A DNA stretch of 64,000 nt from the human T2T-CHM13v2.0 reference genome, Homo sapiens. Below the pieces are notes generated by a model, which saw only the letters and a list, made by a program, of their open reading frames with translations, did not search any database and was not told the origin of the DNA. A program made the translations under genes and the position numbers. The stretch lies in NCBI RefSeq assembly GCF_009914755.1, contig NC_060942.1. One strand, given 5' to 3'. Of this stretch, positions 17,600 through 33,774 are shown one piece after another. Positions within the stretch are counted from its first letter, which is position 1; every line of letters begins with the position of its first letter.

Positions 17600-18060
17600 T
17601 ATCTCCACCACACTATCAATCTCACTCACTGTCTCCTAGCCATTTCTAATCCTTCTTTAACAAACAATTGCTGGCTTTGCATTTCTCTTTCCTCCAAAAT
17701 TGCCAAGGCCTCAATTTACTCATTGCTGAAAAAGGAGGACTCTGTATATTTTTAAATGAAGAGTGTTGTTTTTCCCTAAATCAATCTGTCCTGGTATATG
17801 ACGACATTAAAAAAACCCTCAAAGATAGAGCCTGAAAACTTGCCAACCAAGCAAGTAATTACGCTAAACCCCCTTGGACCCCCTTGGACACTCTCTGATT
17901 AGATGTCCTAGATCCTCCCAATTCTTAGTCCTTTAATACCTGTTTTTCTCCTTCTTTTATTTGGATCTTGTGTCTTCCGTTTAGTTTCTCAATTCACACA
18001 AAACTGCATCCAGGCCATCACCAATAATTCCATACAACAAATGCTCCTTCTAACAACCCC
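17600..18060 (+). pseudogene. HERV-H env remnant: SU CWLC joined almost directly to the TM immunosuppressive domain and CX6CC
   Basis: NNCWLC near 17665 followed, in another frame, by LQNCQGLNLLIAEKGGLCIFLNEECCF (about 17692-17772); most of env is deleted. Confidence 0.82.
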
Positions 18061-18261
18061 ACAATATCACCACTTACTACAAATTCTTCCTTCAGCTTAA
18101 TCTCTCCCACTCTAGGTTCCCATGTCGCCCCTAATCCCGCTCGAAGCAGCCCTGAGAAACATTGCCCATTATCTCTCCATACTACCCCCCAAAATTTTTG
18201 CCCCCCCCACACTTTACCACTATTTTATTTTATTTTTCTTATTAATAGAAGAAGACAGGAA

Positions 18262-18608
18262 TGTCAGGCCTCTGAGCCCAAGCTAAGCTATCATATCCGC
18301 AGTGACCTACATGTATACATCCAGATGGCCTAAGGCAACTGAAGATCCACAAAAGAAGTGAAAATAGCCTTAACTGATGACATTCCACCATTGTGATTTG
18401 TTTCTGCCCCACCCTAGCTGATCAATGTACTTTGTAATCTCCCCCACCCTTAAGAAGGTTCTTTGTAATTCTCCCCACCCTTGAGAATGTACTTTGTGAG
18501 ATCCACCGCTGCGCCCAAAACATTGCTCTTAACTCCACCACCTATCCCAAAACCTTGTTGCTCACACAAAGCCTGTGTGGTGTTCTCTTCACAGGGACAC
18601 CTGAGACA
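18262..18608 (+). mobile_element. HERV-H 3' LTR (347 bp) with an 85-bp deletion of TATA, R region and poly(A) signal
   Basis: Aligns to the 5' LTR except for one fewer 31-bp repeat, a 1-nt indel and loss of the equivalent of 13136-13220 (31+1+85 = 117 = 464-347). Confidence 0.93.
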
Positions 18609-18980
18609 GTTCATAGTAATCAATCAAAATGCTACCCGTTGGATATTGGCTTGATGAAGGAAAAATTCCCCCAAAGGAAGGGTGTATGGTGTTGTTACAG
18701 AAGAAGGTGAAGAGATGCTTGGCAGCTGAAAACAATAGCGGTTCACTCCATTGGGCCTTGCTCTGGACTGTGCCCCCAATGTCTAATGAGGTGCTTAATA
18801 CAAATTAGGCTTTTATTGAATATTTTCAGAATGATTGAAGTCAGAGAGAGAGAGAACTGATACTTACTTAACACCACCTACCAGGCAATGACTCAAGGAT
18901 TTACTTGCTATTGCATTTAACCTCTCACAACAATTCTATAGGTAAACACTGTGTTTTTTCAGATGGGGAAACTAAGACTA

Positions 18981-19375
<395 letters not shown>

Positions 19376-19517
19376 TCAAAACAAAACAAACAAAAAACTG
19401 AAGAATTTGAAAGAGCACTTAAATAGAGAGATATACCTTATTTATGGACTCAGCACTATAAACATGGCAGTTCTTTCCAAATTAACCTGTAATTTAATGT
19501 TAAGTTTAAGAATATAA

Positions 19518-19911
<394 letters not shown>

Positions 19912-20669
19912 TAACATCTCTTTTTAGTTAACAATGTCTTGGAAAAAATAGAAGAAGGTCAATATTGCGTAAGGGTTAAGTTCATTGACATTTAGAGTCA
20001 GAATTCCTGGCTTCAACTCAGCTGTTTTTTTTATCATAAATGTAATCTGAGGCAAGTTTTTAGACTGTCTGTACCTCTGTTTCTCTGTAAAAAGCAGGAA
20101 GATAATATTAGTTACCTATTTCATAGAGTTATTATGATGATTAAATGAGTTAACACATATAAAACACTTGGAATAATACCTGATACATAGTTAAGTGCTA
20201 TCAAAAGTTTTGTTTGTTAGGCTAAGCGCTGTGGCTCATGCCTGTATTCCCAGCACTTTGGGAGGCTGGGACAAGAGGATAGCTTGAGCCCAGGAGATTG
20301 AGACCAGCCTAGGCAACATAATGAGACCTCGTCTCTACTAAAAATAAAAAACTTAGCCAGGCGTGGTGGCAGTCACCTCTAGTCCCAGCTACTCTGAAGG
20401 CTGAGGTAGGAGGATTGCTTGAGCCCAGGAGGTTGAAGCTGCAGAAACAGTGAGCCACTGCACTCCAGACTGGATGACAGAGCAAGATCCTGTCCCCATT
20501 GCCCCCCCGAAAAGTTCTTTTTAACTGCTGCATTTAATATTTATATTTTAAATATATTACACTGTAATATATTTAATTATCCCTCTAATAAATAGAAATT
20601 TTGTTGCTTGCATATTTTTGGTACTATAGACAGTGTTTCAGAGAACAACAGGCTGGGACCAGTGGCTCA

Positions 20670-20969
<300 letters not shown>

Positions 20970-21234
20970 TCAAACCTCCTTGTGCACATTTGCCTACACA
21001 TTAGTTCAAGAAGTAGAAATGTTGAGTTAAAGGGTACATGTATGTTAAAAGTTATTATTAGGCCGGGCGTGGTGGCTCAGGCCTGTAATCCCAGCTCTTT
21101 GGGAGGCTGAGGCGGGTGGATCACGAGGTCAAGGAATCGAGACCATCCTGGCCAACATGGTGAAACCCTGTCTCTACTAAAAATACAAAAATCAGCTGGG
21201 CATGGTGGCACGCCCCTGTAGTCCCAGCTACTCA

Positions 21235-21545
<311 letters not shown>

Positions 21546-21881
21546 TCTATTTTTTATTTTTATTTTTATTTTTGAGTTGGAGTCCTGCTATTTTGCTCAG
21601 GCTGGTCTCAAACTCCTGGGCTCAAGCAATTCTCCTAAAGCTGAGGGCAAACCTGACACTGATGTCACTTGCTTTTAGCTGTTTTTTTTTTTTTTTCTTC
21701 TGTAAAGAAAGGGCCCCTTCAGCCTTACTATAAATAACATCTCTGATGTATGGGTCACAGAGGTAATAGTTGCCTAAGTTGTTTTTCAGGAACATAGAAT
21801 CAGCTTTGGTTCAGCTCAAACCAGGTGGGACCACTGATCCTTCAACTGGGCCTACGCGCATGTCTGATGGGTGACCTTTGA

Positions 21882-22379
<498 letters not shown>

Positions 22380-22629
22380 TAGACTACACTTTTACAGAAC
22401 ACTGATTACCTCACTTTTCCTTATGCCTAATTATCTTTCCCCACACCTTAGACCACCCTGCTCTTCTAGCCCATAAATGTCCCTAAACTCCATCTTTGGG
22501 GAGGCGGATGTGAGACCCGTTCTCCCATCTCCTTGCTTGGCAGCCCACATAAATAAATTCTTTCTCCGCTACAAAACTCATTATGTTCATGGTTGGCTTA
22601 CTGTGGTGTGGGCAAAACAGGCCTGGTTT

Positions 22630-23305
22630 TGTAACTGCCCAAAGGGTTCACCCTGCCCTCTGCCTAGACAGAGCCGATTCATCAGGACAGGGGATTTGCA
22701 ACAGAGAAAGAGTAATTCATGCAGAGCCAGCTGTATGGGAGACCAGAGTTTTATTATTACTCAAATCAGTCTCCCTGGGGAGCAGAATTTTTAAGGACAA
22801 TTTGATGGCGGAGAGGGGAGGCCAGTGAGCCAGGAATGCTGATTGGTCAGAGATGAAATCATAGCAAGTTGAAGCTGTCTTCTTGCACTGAGTCAGTTCC
22901 TGGGTGGGGCTGCAAGATGAGATGAGCCAGTTTATTGATCTGGGTGGTGCCAACTGATCCATCAAGTGTAGAGTCTGCAAAATGTCTTAAGCACTCATCT
23001 TAGGAGCAGTTTAGGGAGGGTCAGAATCTTGTAGCCTCTAGCTGCATGACTCCTAAACCATAATTTCTAAACTTGTGGCTAATGTTAGTGCTACAAAGGC
23101 AGTCTAGTCCCCAGGCAAGGAGGTCTGCTTTGGGAATGGGCTGTTACTGTCTTTGTTTTAAACTATAAACTAAGTTTTTCCCAAAGTTAGTTCAGCCTAT
23201 GCCCAGGGAATGAATAAGGACAGCTTGGAGATTAGAAGCAAGATGGAGTCAATTAAGTTAAATCTCTTTTGCTGTCTCAGTCATAATTCTGCAAAGGCAG
23301 TTTCA
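22630..23305 (-). mobile_element. LTR8 solo LTR (ERV1), about 676 bp
   Basis: The minus strand begins TGAAACTGCCTTTGCAGAATTATGACTGAGACAG and ends GGGCAGTTACA, matching the recalled LTR8 consensus; flanks GTTT/GTTC. Confidence 0.82.
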
Positions 23306-23802
23306 GTTCAGTAACACTCTCACCTTAGCCAGCTGAGTAGCTGGGATTACAGGCACATACCACTACGCCTGGTTGAAATTATTAATTTTTATTTATTAAT
23401 ATTTAACTTGGCACTGCATACAAACAGTATAAATTTCAAGATGCACAAAAGATCCTACAGTAAAAGTCTCTCTTTCATTTCTGTTCCCCAGGAACTAGTT
23501 CCCCTCCCTAGCAACAACCACAGTTATTCATTTCTTATGTATCTTTTCAAAAAATCAACATGCATAAACAGTATATATACATACTGTGCATCTACATATG
23601 TTATACATACACATAAACACTTATACCTATGTGTGTGCACATGTATAGTCTTTCAAAAAATCAATGATAGTGTGCAATAAATGGAGTTGTATACTTTGCT
23701 TTTTTCACTTAATAATACATCTCAGAGGGGTTTCTCTAGGGCAGCTATAAAGCTGCCTTGCTTTTTAATGGCTGCATAGTATTCCATTGTATGGAGATGC
23801 CT

Positions 23803-23833
<31 letters not shown>

Positions 23834-24780
23834 TTTTTGAGACAGAGTCTCGCTCTGTTGCCAGGCTGGAGTGCAGTGGCGCAATCTCGGCTCACAGCAA
23901 TCTGGAGATGCCATAATTTATTTAACCAGTCACCTATTGGTAGATATTTAAAATGTTTCTAGCTGGCTGCAGTGGCTCATGAGTGTCATCCAAGTGCTTT
24001 GTGAGGTGAAGGCAGGAGGATCACTTGAACCCAGGAGTTCAAAACCAGCCTGTGCAACATAGCGAGACTGTGTCTCTACAAACAATTTCAAATTTTTAAA
24101 TTACCTGAGCATGGTGGCATGTGCCCGTTGTCCCAGCTACTCAAGAGGCTGAAGTAGGAGGATCGCTTCAGCCCAGGAGGCCAAGGCTGCAGTGATGTGT
24201 GAGCCACTGCTTTCCAGACTGGATGACAGAATGAGACACTGTCTCAAAATAAAATAAATACATAAATGAATAAATAAATAAAATGCCTCAAAAATAAAAT
24301 GTTTCTAATATTTTGCTATAACAAACAACACTACAATAAATATCCATATGTTATCTTGTCTACGTACTTTTTTTATTTTATGAAATACTTTCTAATGGAC
24401 CTAAAAATGGTGGGCCAAACATTTTTAACATTGTTTTATCTATTCATTGAGTGAATTTATCATACTTTACAAAAACATTTCTCTATGATGAACATTCGGG
24501 TTTCCTAATGGTTTTGTTAATAAATAAACTTCAAAGAATATAGGAATGTTTTTCTCATTTCTTCAACCCTGCTTCAAATTATAAACTAATTTCTTTTCAT
24601 CCCTCCGTGGAAATAAATAACTGAAGTACATATTTTTCTAGATGTTTTAAAGAGCTGTAGCTTTGCTTTCCTTTGGGTTGGTTGAGAGATACATTAGTCT
24701 TCTTGGTGACAGGATGTTGATTATAGGCCTTTCAAATTTTCTTTGTACTAATCTATACTTTTGATATACTTCAGGGATTA

Positions 24781-25044
<264 letters not shown>

Positions 25045-25069
25045 TCACAGAGAAAGACCCCGTCTCCAA

Positions 25070-25087
25070 AAAAAGAAAGAAAAAAAG

Positions 25088-25150
<63 letters not shown>

Positions 25151-25170
25151 AAAGAAAGAAAGAAAGAAAA
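25070..25170. repeat. (GAAA)n microsatellite from an Alu tail
   Basis: Tandem GAAA directly after the + strand Alu at about 24866-25070. Confidence 0.92.
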
Positions 25171-25346
25171 GATTTATTAGGAGTCTTATTGGCCTGGTGT
25201 GATGGCTCACGCCTACAATCCCAGCACTTTGAAAGGCCAAAGAGAGATTGCTTGCCTCCAGGAGTTCGAGACCAGCCTAGGCAACATGGCAAGACCCTGT
25301 TTCTTTTTTTCTTTTTTTTGAGACGGAATCTCATTCTGTCACCTAG

Positions 25347-25538
<192 letters not shown>

Positions 25539-26084
25539 TGAGCCACGGTGCCTGGCGAGACCCCGTTTCTATGAAAGAGTCTTATTATATCCGATGCTTT
25601 TATCCTTCCATATCCCATTTGCCTGCCTCATTTTGTTTAATACTGTTTTATTATTTTCTAAGAATTTTTATGCTTCTCATCTCTACAGCAGAGCCTTAGT
25701 GAAAAAATGCATAGATTTTTTAAAATAAAAGACAATCTAGAATTAAAATCTGGTTCTACAACTTATTTCCTATGTGACTTTTGCTAAGTTAAATAATCTG
25801 AGCATATAAAATGGGAATAATAATATTCACCTTGTGAGATAATTATTGAAAGACATGTATAAATATGAATATATTTGTCACCTCTCACATGCCAGGTCCT
25901 CTAGCCCTCAGAGTAGCCACATAGGAAGGCAAATATAGCAGGCTATGAAAAACTAAGACGATAGTATGAGATGAATGTGATTTGGAAAGGTTTCCAAGGC
26001 CAGGCACTGTGGCTCATGCCTATAATCCCAGTACCTCGAGAGACCGAGGCAGGAGGATTGCTTGAGCTCAGGAGTTCATGATCA

Positions 26085-26348
<264 letters not shown>

Positions 26349-27659
26349 TCATGCCTATAATCCCAGCACTTTGGGAGGCTGAGGTGGGTGGATCATGAGG
26401 TCAAAAGAGAAAGACCATCCTGGCCAACATGGTGAAGCCCCATTGCTACTAAAACTACAAAAATTAGTCGGGCGTGGTGGCTCACACCTGTAATCCTAGC
26501 TACTCAGGAGGCTGAGGAAGGAGGATTGCTGGAACCCAGGAGGCAGAGGTTGCAGTGAGCTGACATCGTGGCACTGTACTCCAGCCTGGAGGACAGAGCG
26601 AGACTCCATCTCAGGGAAAACAAAGACAAAAACAAAAACACAAAAATTTGAGAAAGTTTAGTTATGAATGGCAGAATGTTGGGTAGGAAGTGTTAAGTCC
26701 AAGAGAAAAATAAAAGCATGGATAAAGGCCTTGAGTCAGAGAGAACTTAACACACTCAAGGATTGAAATAAGTAGAGAAATTTAGAAGCCTGAAAAATAG
26801 GGAGGAGAGTGAAAGCAGCTAAGACCCCCAAATAGTTACTTTGGGAAACCTTACTGTTGGTCCATCCAATTGTCTCATCTCCTTTCTTGGTATAAGAACC
26901 CTATTTATGTTGTTTCAGAGAGCTGAGGTGCCAAGTCCTATGGAATAAATAATAAGTTTAAGCCAATCAGAGTGCTCCCATTCTCTTTTGCTAGTGACTG
27001 ATTTAGGATGGCAATGGTGCCCAATTTTGACCAATTAGATAGGAAGGGAAGCCTGCAGAGGAAGGCCTCTAGGAAGCGTTTTTCTCCCATGTAAAAGAAG
27101 AGAGAGCTACAAGGGGGAAATCTTACCCTTTCCTTTTTGTTTTTGGAGGTTGTGTATAGAATTGACTGTTTCAGCCATAAGGGAGACATGCTGAGGATGG
27201 CAAGGGGCTGAGGCTGTGAGGACATAATTGAGCTGCTGAGACATCTCTGGAACTGTTTACACCTGGACTAGTTTGCCATATTCGATAATAAATATCTTTT
27301 TTTTTTTTGAGACAGAGTCTTGCTCTGTTGCCCCAGGCTAGAGTGCAGTGACATGATCTTGGCTCACTGCAACCTCTACCTCCTGGGTTCAAGCGAGTCT
27401 CCTGCCTCAGCCTCCTGAGTAGCTGGGCTTACAAGTGTGTGCCACCATGCCCGGCTAATTTTTGTATTTTTATTAGAGATGGAGTTTCATCACGTTGGCC
27501 AGGCTGGTCTCGAACTCCTGACCTCATGATCAGCCTGCCTCTGCCTCCCAAAGTGCTGGGATTACAGGTGTAAGCCACTGAGCTGGTCGATAATAAATAT
27601 CCTTACTGAACGAGGCACTTTTAGTTGAATTTCTGATTCCTGCCATCAAAAGTAAGTCT

Positions 27660-28960
27660 TGCAGGAATTTTTAGATAATATTAAGGATTTGGAATTTAAT
27701 CCTAAGGATTAGGAGAGCTATTAAAGGATTTTGTGCATGGGGTGACACAAGATGTTTGCTTTTCAAAAGATCACTTTAGTTGCCATGTGGATAATAAACT
27801 GGAGAGAGGCAATGATGGATGCGGGTAGAGCAGTTAGGAACTACTGCCATTAAGTCACACAAGAGAATGCAGTGATTTAAAATAAGCGGTGGCTATGGAA
27901 ATAGAAGAAAATGAGCATGGTGGCTCACGCCTGTAATCCCAGCACTTTGGGAGGCCAAGGCAGGCGGATCATGAGGTCAGGAGTTCACGACTAGCCTGGC
28001 CAACATGGTGAAACTCCGTCTCTACCAAAAATATAATAAAATTAGCCGGGTGTGGTGGCATGCGCCTGCAATCCCAGCTACTCAGGAGGCTGAGGCAGGA
28101 GAATCACTTGAACCCAGGAGGCAGAGGTTGCAGTGAGCTGAGATTGCGCCACTGCACACTTCCAGCCTGGGCGACAGAGAGAGACTTCATCTCAGAAAAA
28201 AAAGAACTACTGAGATACATATTGGAGGCAGGATTGTGATTATGCTTGATTCAATGTGAATGAGGAAGAGGAAGAAATCAAGGATGACTTCCAGGTGTCT
28301 AGACTGAGCTATAAAGTGGATCATAGTGCCATTTGCTAAAAGAGAGATCAACCACTGGAGGAGGCGGCTACTATAATGAGTTCATTATTGGAGACATTGG
28401 GCTGAGGGTGTTTATGTCAAATGGTCAGTCATGTAAGCTATTAGGCTATTGGACATTTGAATGGCCTGGGGTAGAGATAAAGATGTGAAAGTTTTTGGAA
28501 CCGAAATAGTGACAGAACCTGTGTGATTTTTGAGAGAAAGAGAAAGAGAGAAAGAGAGAGAGAGGAGAAGGGAAAAGGTCCTAAGACAGAATCCTAGGAT
28601 CTCCAGCCCAGAGCCAGTGGAGAAGGAGACTCTGGCAAGGGAGAAGAAACAATAGCCAGAAAGAAAGAGGGAAAGTCAGAGTGTTTCCAGAAGGAGGGGA
28701 TGGTCAGCACTAACAAACATAGTTGAGGGGTCAAGCAAAAAAAATAGCTGAAAAGAATCTATTGGAATTAGTTACATGAACGTCACCAGTGACACTGATA
28801 ATAAAGCAGTTTTTGGACAGATGGAGGTGGAGAGGTTGGTTCAGAACCCAGACTGGACTGAATAAGAAGTGAATAATTAAGAAATGATGACAAAATGTAG
28901 AGGATCAGATCAAGAGATTTGGCCTTGAAGCGGATATGGGGCAGGAGTTGAGGCATAAGT
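27660..28960 (-). mobile_element. L2 LINE fossil, interrupted by an Alu at about 27915-28205
   Basis: L2-like segments such as gagctattaaaggatttt...gcttttcaaaagatcact...gaggaagaaatcaaggatgacttccagg; heavily diverged. Confidence 0.6.
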
Positions 28961-29259
28961 GGGATGAAAGGGAGGTTTTTGTTTTCCTTTTGAAGATGGG
29001 AATAACTACCTTTTCATCTTATTTCCCCCCCCCCACCGCCTGCCCCCCACCACCCATGCTCCAGCTCCATAGGTCTTTCCTTTCTTTGGTTCTGCCTCAT
29101 TCACTGTTCCCAGTCCACGCTTTTTCCTAAATCTTTGAATGGCTCACTTCTTTTCATTATTCATGGCTCTGCTCAAATGTCACTTCATCCAAAAATTCTT
29201 CTCTGAGCTTATTCTTCTCCTCATTGCCATTTACTGTTTTATCTTCTTCATGGCTCTGA

Positions 29260-29568
<309 letters not shown>

Positions 29569-29631
29569 TGAACTCCTGACCTTGTGATCCACCTGCCTCG
29601 GCCTCCCAAATTGCTGGGATTTCAGGCGTGA

Positions 29632-29859
<228 letters not shown>

Positions 29860-30539
29860 TGATCTGTCCTTCTTGCCTCCCAAAGTGCTGGGATTACAGG
29901 CGTGAGCCACTGCCCCGGCTTGGTTTGTTTTTTGAGACATGGTCTCACTCTGTCGCACAGGACGGAGTGCAGTAGTGTGATCTTGGCTCCCGTGCTCAAG
30001 TGATCCTCCCACCTCAGCCTCCCAAAGTGCTGAAATTACAGGCGTGAGCCACGGTACCCGGCCTATATCTCCTAATTAAAAGTAAAGCCTGGGTGAAGTT
30101 TATGGCCTGCTAAATACGTACATGTATTATATGCGTTATTATATCCCATGTGTTATATTATATATTATTGTATATGTGTATTATATACTATGTACTATTC
30201 TTACAACTGTATGTGAATCTATAATTATCTCAAAATAAAGTTTTGTTTTTGTTTTTTAAAGTAAGTTCTGTGAGAACTGGGATTTTGTTTGCTTGTTGAC
30301 GATTGTGTCTTCATCACTAGAACCGAGTCTGGCGTGCAGTGGGCACTAAATAAGTCTTCGTAAAAAGTGTAAATTAACGCCCGGCTAATTTTTGTATTAT
30401 TAGCAGCGACGGGGTTTCACCATGTTGGCCAGGCTGGTCTCGAACTCCTGCCCTCAAGCAGGAGTTTCAAGCCCGCCTCGGCCTCCCAAAGTGTTGGAAT
30501 TACAGGCGTGGGCCACCGCGCCTGGCTGATCATGTTTAA

Positions 30540-32250
30540 AGGGCGGGGTGGGGAGCGTACAAACAACAGAGGAAATCCTGAGCCGCAGAGGAAACTGGAG
30601 ATGGCAGGGTTTAGCACTAGAATCTCTGTAGGAGAGGTAAGATTGGAATCCTAATCTCCAGGACTCTTTCCACTACCCAGGCTATCTCTCCATTAATGGA
30701 CTATTGATTGGATGACAGAGTAGCGATAGCACCGTCTTAGGAGACGCCCAATCATAGGTCATAGGTCATTTTTGCAGCTTATTGTGATGACAACAGTGGA
30801 GGATGGTCTTCCACTTCACCTTAAAAGCGGCTGTTCTCTGATTATCATTAAGCATGGCCACGCCCGCACTTAACTTCTGACAGTGGGGAAAGCAGCTGTG
30901 TGTGATAGCTTGGAAGGTTTACTGCTGCCTCAAGTCCTCTTCTCTGCAGTTGAGGTTTCAGGTTTCAATCCTCCCAATACCACAAGACAGAGCACGGGGC
31001 GGCTGCCGCCTCCGCCTCCGCGCCTTAACCTAGGCGGCTTGCCGAAGATCTCAGCCCCGCGGCCGCGCGCTCGCCCTGCCCTAGACCAGGGTTGGGCGCA
31101 GCGGCGGAGGTGGCTTCTGGGCTGCGCGAGCTGGGAGAGCTGGGAGGCGGCGATCGCAGCTGGGCCGGGACTTCCTTCCTCCACCGCACGGCAACAAAAC
31201 AACCCTGCGGCAGGCACTGAGTGCTTCGCAGCTGTCTGGGCGAGAGGCACAGCGATGGGCTCCGTGCTGAGCACCGACAGCGGCAAATCGGCGCCCGCCT
31301 CTGCCACCGCGCGGGCCCTGGAGCGCAGGAGGGACCCGGAGTTGCCCGTCACGTCCTTCGACTGCGCCGTGTGCCTTGAGGTGTTACACCAGCCTGTCCG
31401 GACCCGCTGTGGCCACGTGTAAGTTCCAGGGGAGCTCGGTTTGCGCCCACCCCTAAGGAGGGCGATGTGGGGAAGCTGAGGGCATGGTGTGGGGAAGGAG
31501 GGGGACGGAAGACAGCCTCTTAGGAAATTGCTGCAGGGAGAAACCTGGACCCGTCGGATGCAGGACCACGGGGAAAACGCGGGTCGGAAGGTGACACAGG
31601 ATTTCGGGAGGAGAAAAAATAAACAAGCGGGTCCTGTAGCCCCCTTGCGCTTTCAGCTCCCGAAGCCCAGGTGCGGAACTCCAGAGAAGGGGATCCAGGC
31701 ACGGGTCCCGCCCAGAGCCAGGGCTCGCCAACTGGGGAGGGTGCTCTTGGCTGGAGAACCAGCGCTCGCCCAGGCACGGAAAGGAAACGAGCTCCAGCTA
31801 CAAGGCAGGGGCTCCCGCAAAGCGCAGTTACCCCGCTGAACACGGTAGAACGGGCTGCGCTTCCCTCTGCCCCAGAAACCCGGGTCCGTTTTGTTTTGCT
31901 GGAGCTGTGCACGTGTTCCCAGAATGCCCACAGAGGCTCGTCTTAAGCAAACAAGGATCTGTGCAAAGTGTCTTTCCACCCCCACCCCTGCTACCCTTTC
32001 CCAACACAGACACCCAGCCCCTCAAAGGGCAAGTCAAACTGGAGCTTCCGAGTGACTTTCCACAGTTGTTAGAGTTTAACAACCTGCTAGGGTGGGGCTT
32101 GGACGTTAGCCGCCAAGCCCCTGAATGTACTCCTTCAAAACCCAGCCACAACGTAACAGGAGGTGGCAGGCTACCTGCTTTACGCACGGTCTCTCCAAAC
32201 CGGCGGAAATTACAGAGTAAAATAACTTTCTCAAAACCGCATAGTACTTA
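30540..32250 (+). promoter_or_regulatory. RNF125: RNF125 promoter / CpG island spanning the 5' UTR, exon 1 and the start of intron 1
   Basis: Dense undepleted CpG and high GC from about 30990 to 31900. GC box GGGCGGGG at 30541 and CCAAT/ATTGG boxes near 30642, 30707 and 30748. The exact TSS cannot be read from sequence. Confidence 0.85.
31255..31418 (+). CDS. RNF125: RNF125 coding exon 1 (codons 1-54 plus 2 nt): N-myristoylation motif MGSVLS and first half of the C3HC4 RING
   Basis: ATG at 31255 in strong Kozak context (gcgATGG). Translates [55 protein letters not shown], recognised as the RNF125 N-terminus. Donor GT|GTAAGT at 31418/31419. Confidence 0.97.
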
Positions 32251-32390
32251 GCTAAAACTCACAGTTGGTGCAAAGCCGTGGTCGTTTCTAAGAAGAATTT
32301 AAAAACAAAGTCCCTATATAAAATTGGCACATCCTTAATGTGTGTTTGAATAACTGGTGGAGTTGGAGCTGTGAATTTGTGCTCTCTGTT

Positions 32391-32395
<5 letters not shown>

Positions 32396-32431
<36 letters not shown>

Positions 32432-32448
32432 AGAGAGAGAGAGAGAGA
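32396..32448. repeat. Compound (TG)n(GA)n microsatellite at an Alu tail in intron 1
   Basis: A TG dinucleotide run followed by a GA run, directly abutting a minus-strand Alu. Confidence 0.92.
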
Positions 32449-32623
32449 CGTAGTCTGGCTCTGTCGCCCAGGCTGGAGTGCGGTGGTGCTATCTCGGCTC
32501 ACTGCAACCTCCGCCCACTGCAACCTCCGCCTCCCAGGCTCAAGTGAGTCTCCTGCCTCAGCCTCCCGAGTTGCTGGGATTACAGGCGCCCACCCCCACA
32601 CCCGGCTAGTTTTTGAATTTTGA

Positions 32624-32821
<198 letters not shown>

Positions 32822-33011
32822 TAATGTCCTTTGAAGGGTGACTATAGTATGATGAAGCCCTGTGTGATACCACAGTGGCTTGTACCAGCATTTGGCTTAG
32901 CAGGAAGAAAGAAATACCGTTATTATGAATGCAAGTGCATAACATGTTTTTGAGGACCACTTTTGAAAGGATTTAGGTAGTCCTTAAAAACATGTTGTGC
33001 ACTTGCAGTCA

Positions 33012-33341
<330 letters not shown>

Positions 33342-33407
33342 TTAGGTAATCCTTAATACCTATAGCCTTGTATCTGAAAAGCAGTTTTCACTACTGCCCG
33401 TCTGTGA

Positions 33408-33774
<367 letters not shown>

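Larger units (their letters stand above)
12810..18608 (+). mobile_element. HERV-H provirus, internally deleted (RTVL-H2-like, 5799 bp), non-coding
   Basis: Paired TG...CA LTR7-type LTRs, TSD GTTCG (12805-12809) / GTTCA (18609-18613), PBS at 13276, polypurine tract at 18247-18261, and degenerate gag, pro, pol and env remnants in order. Confidence 0.95.

Noticed and set aside
15454-17755. HERV-H ORFs of 91-208 aa as functional retroviral proteins
   Set aside because: The protease catalytic Asp is lost, there is no RT YxDD, integrase and env are largely deleted, and there are many frameshifts.
31453-32251. Overlapping 90-130 aa ORFs on both strands near exon 1
   Set aside because: Expected in a GC-rich CpG island; no recognisable domain or splice structure.
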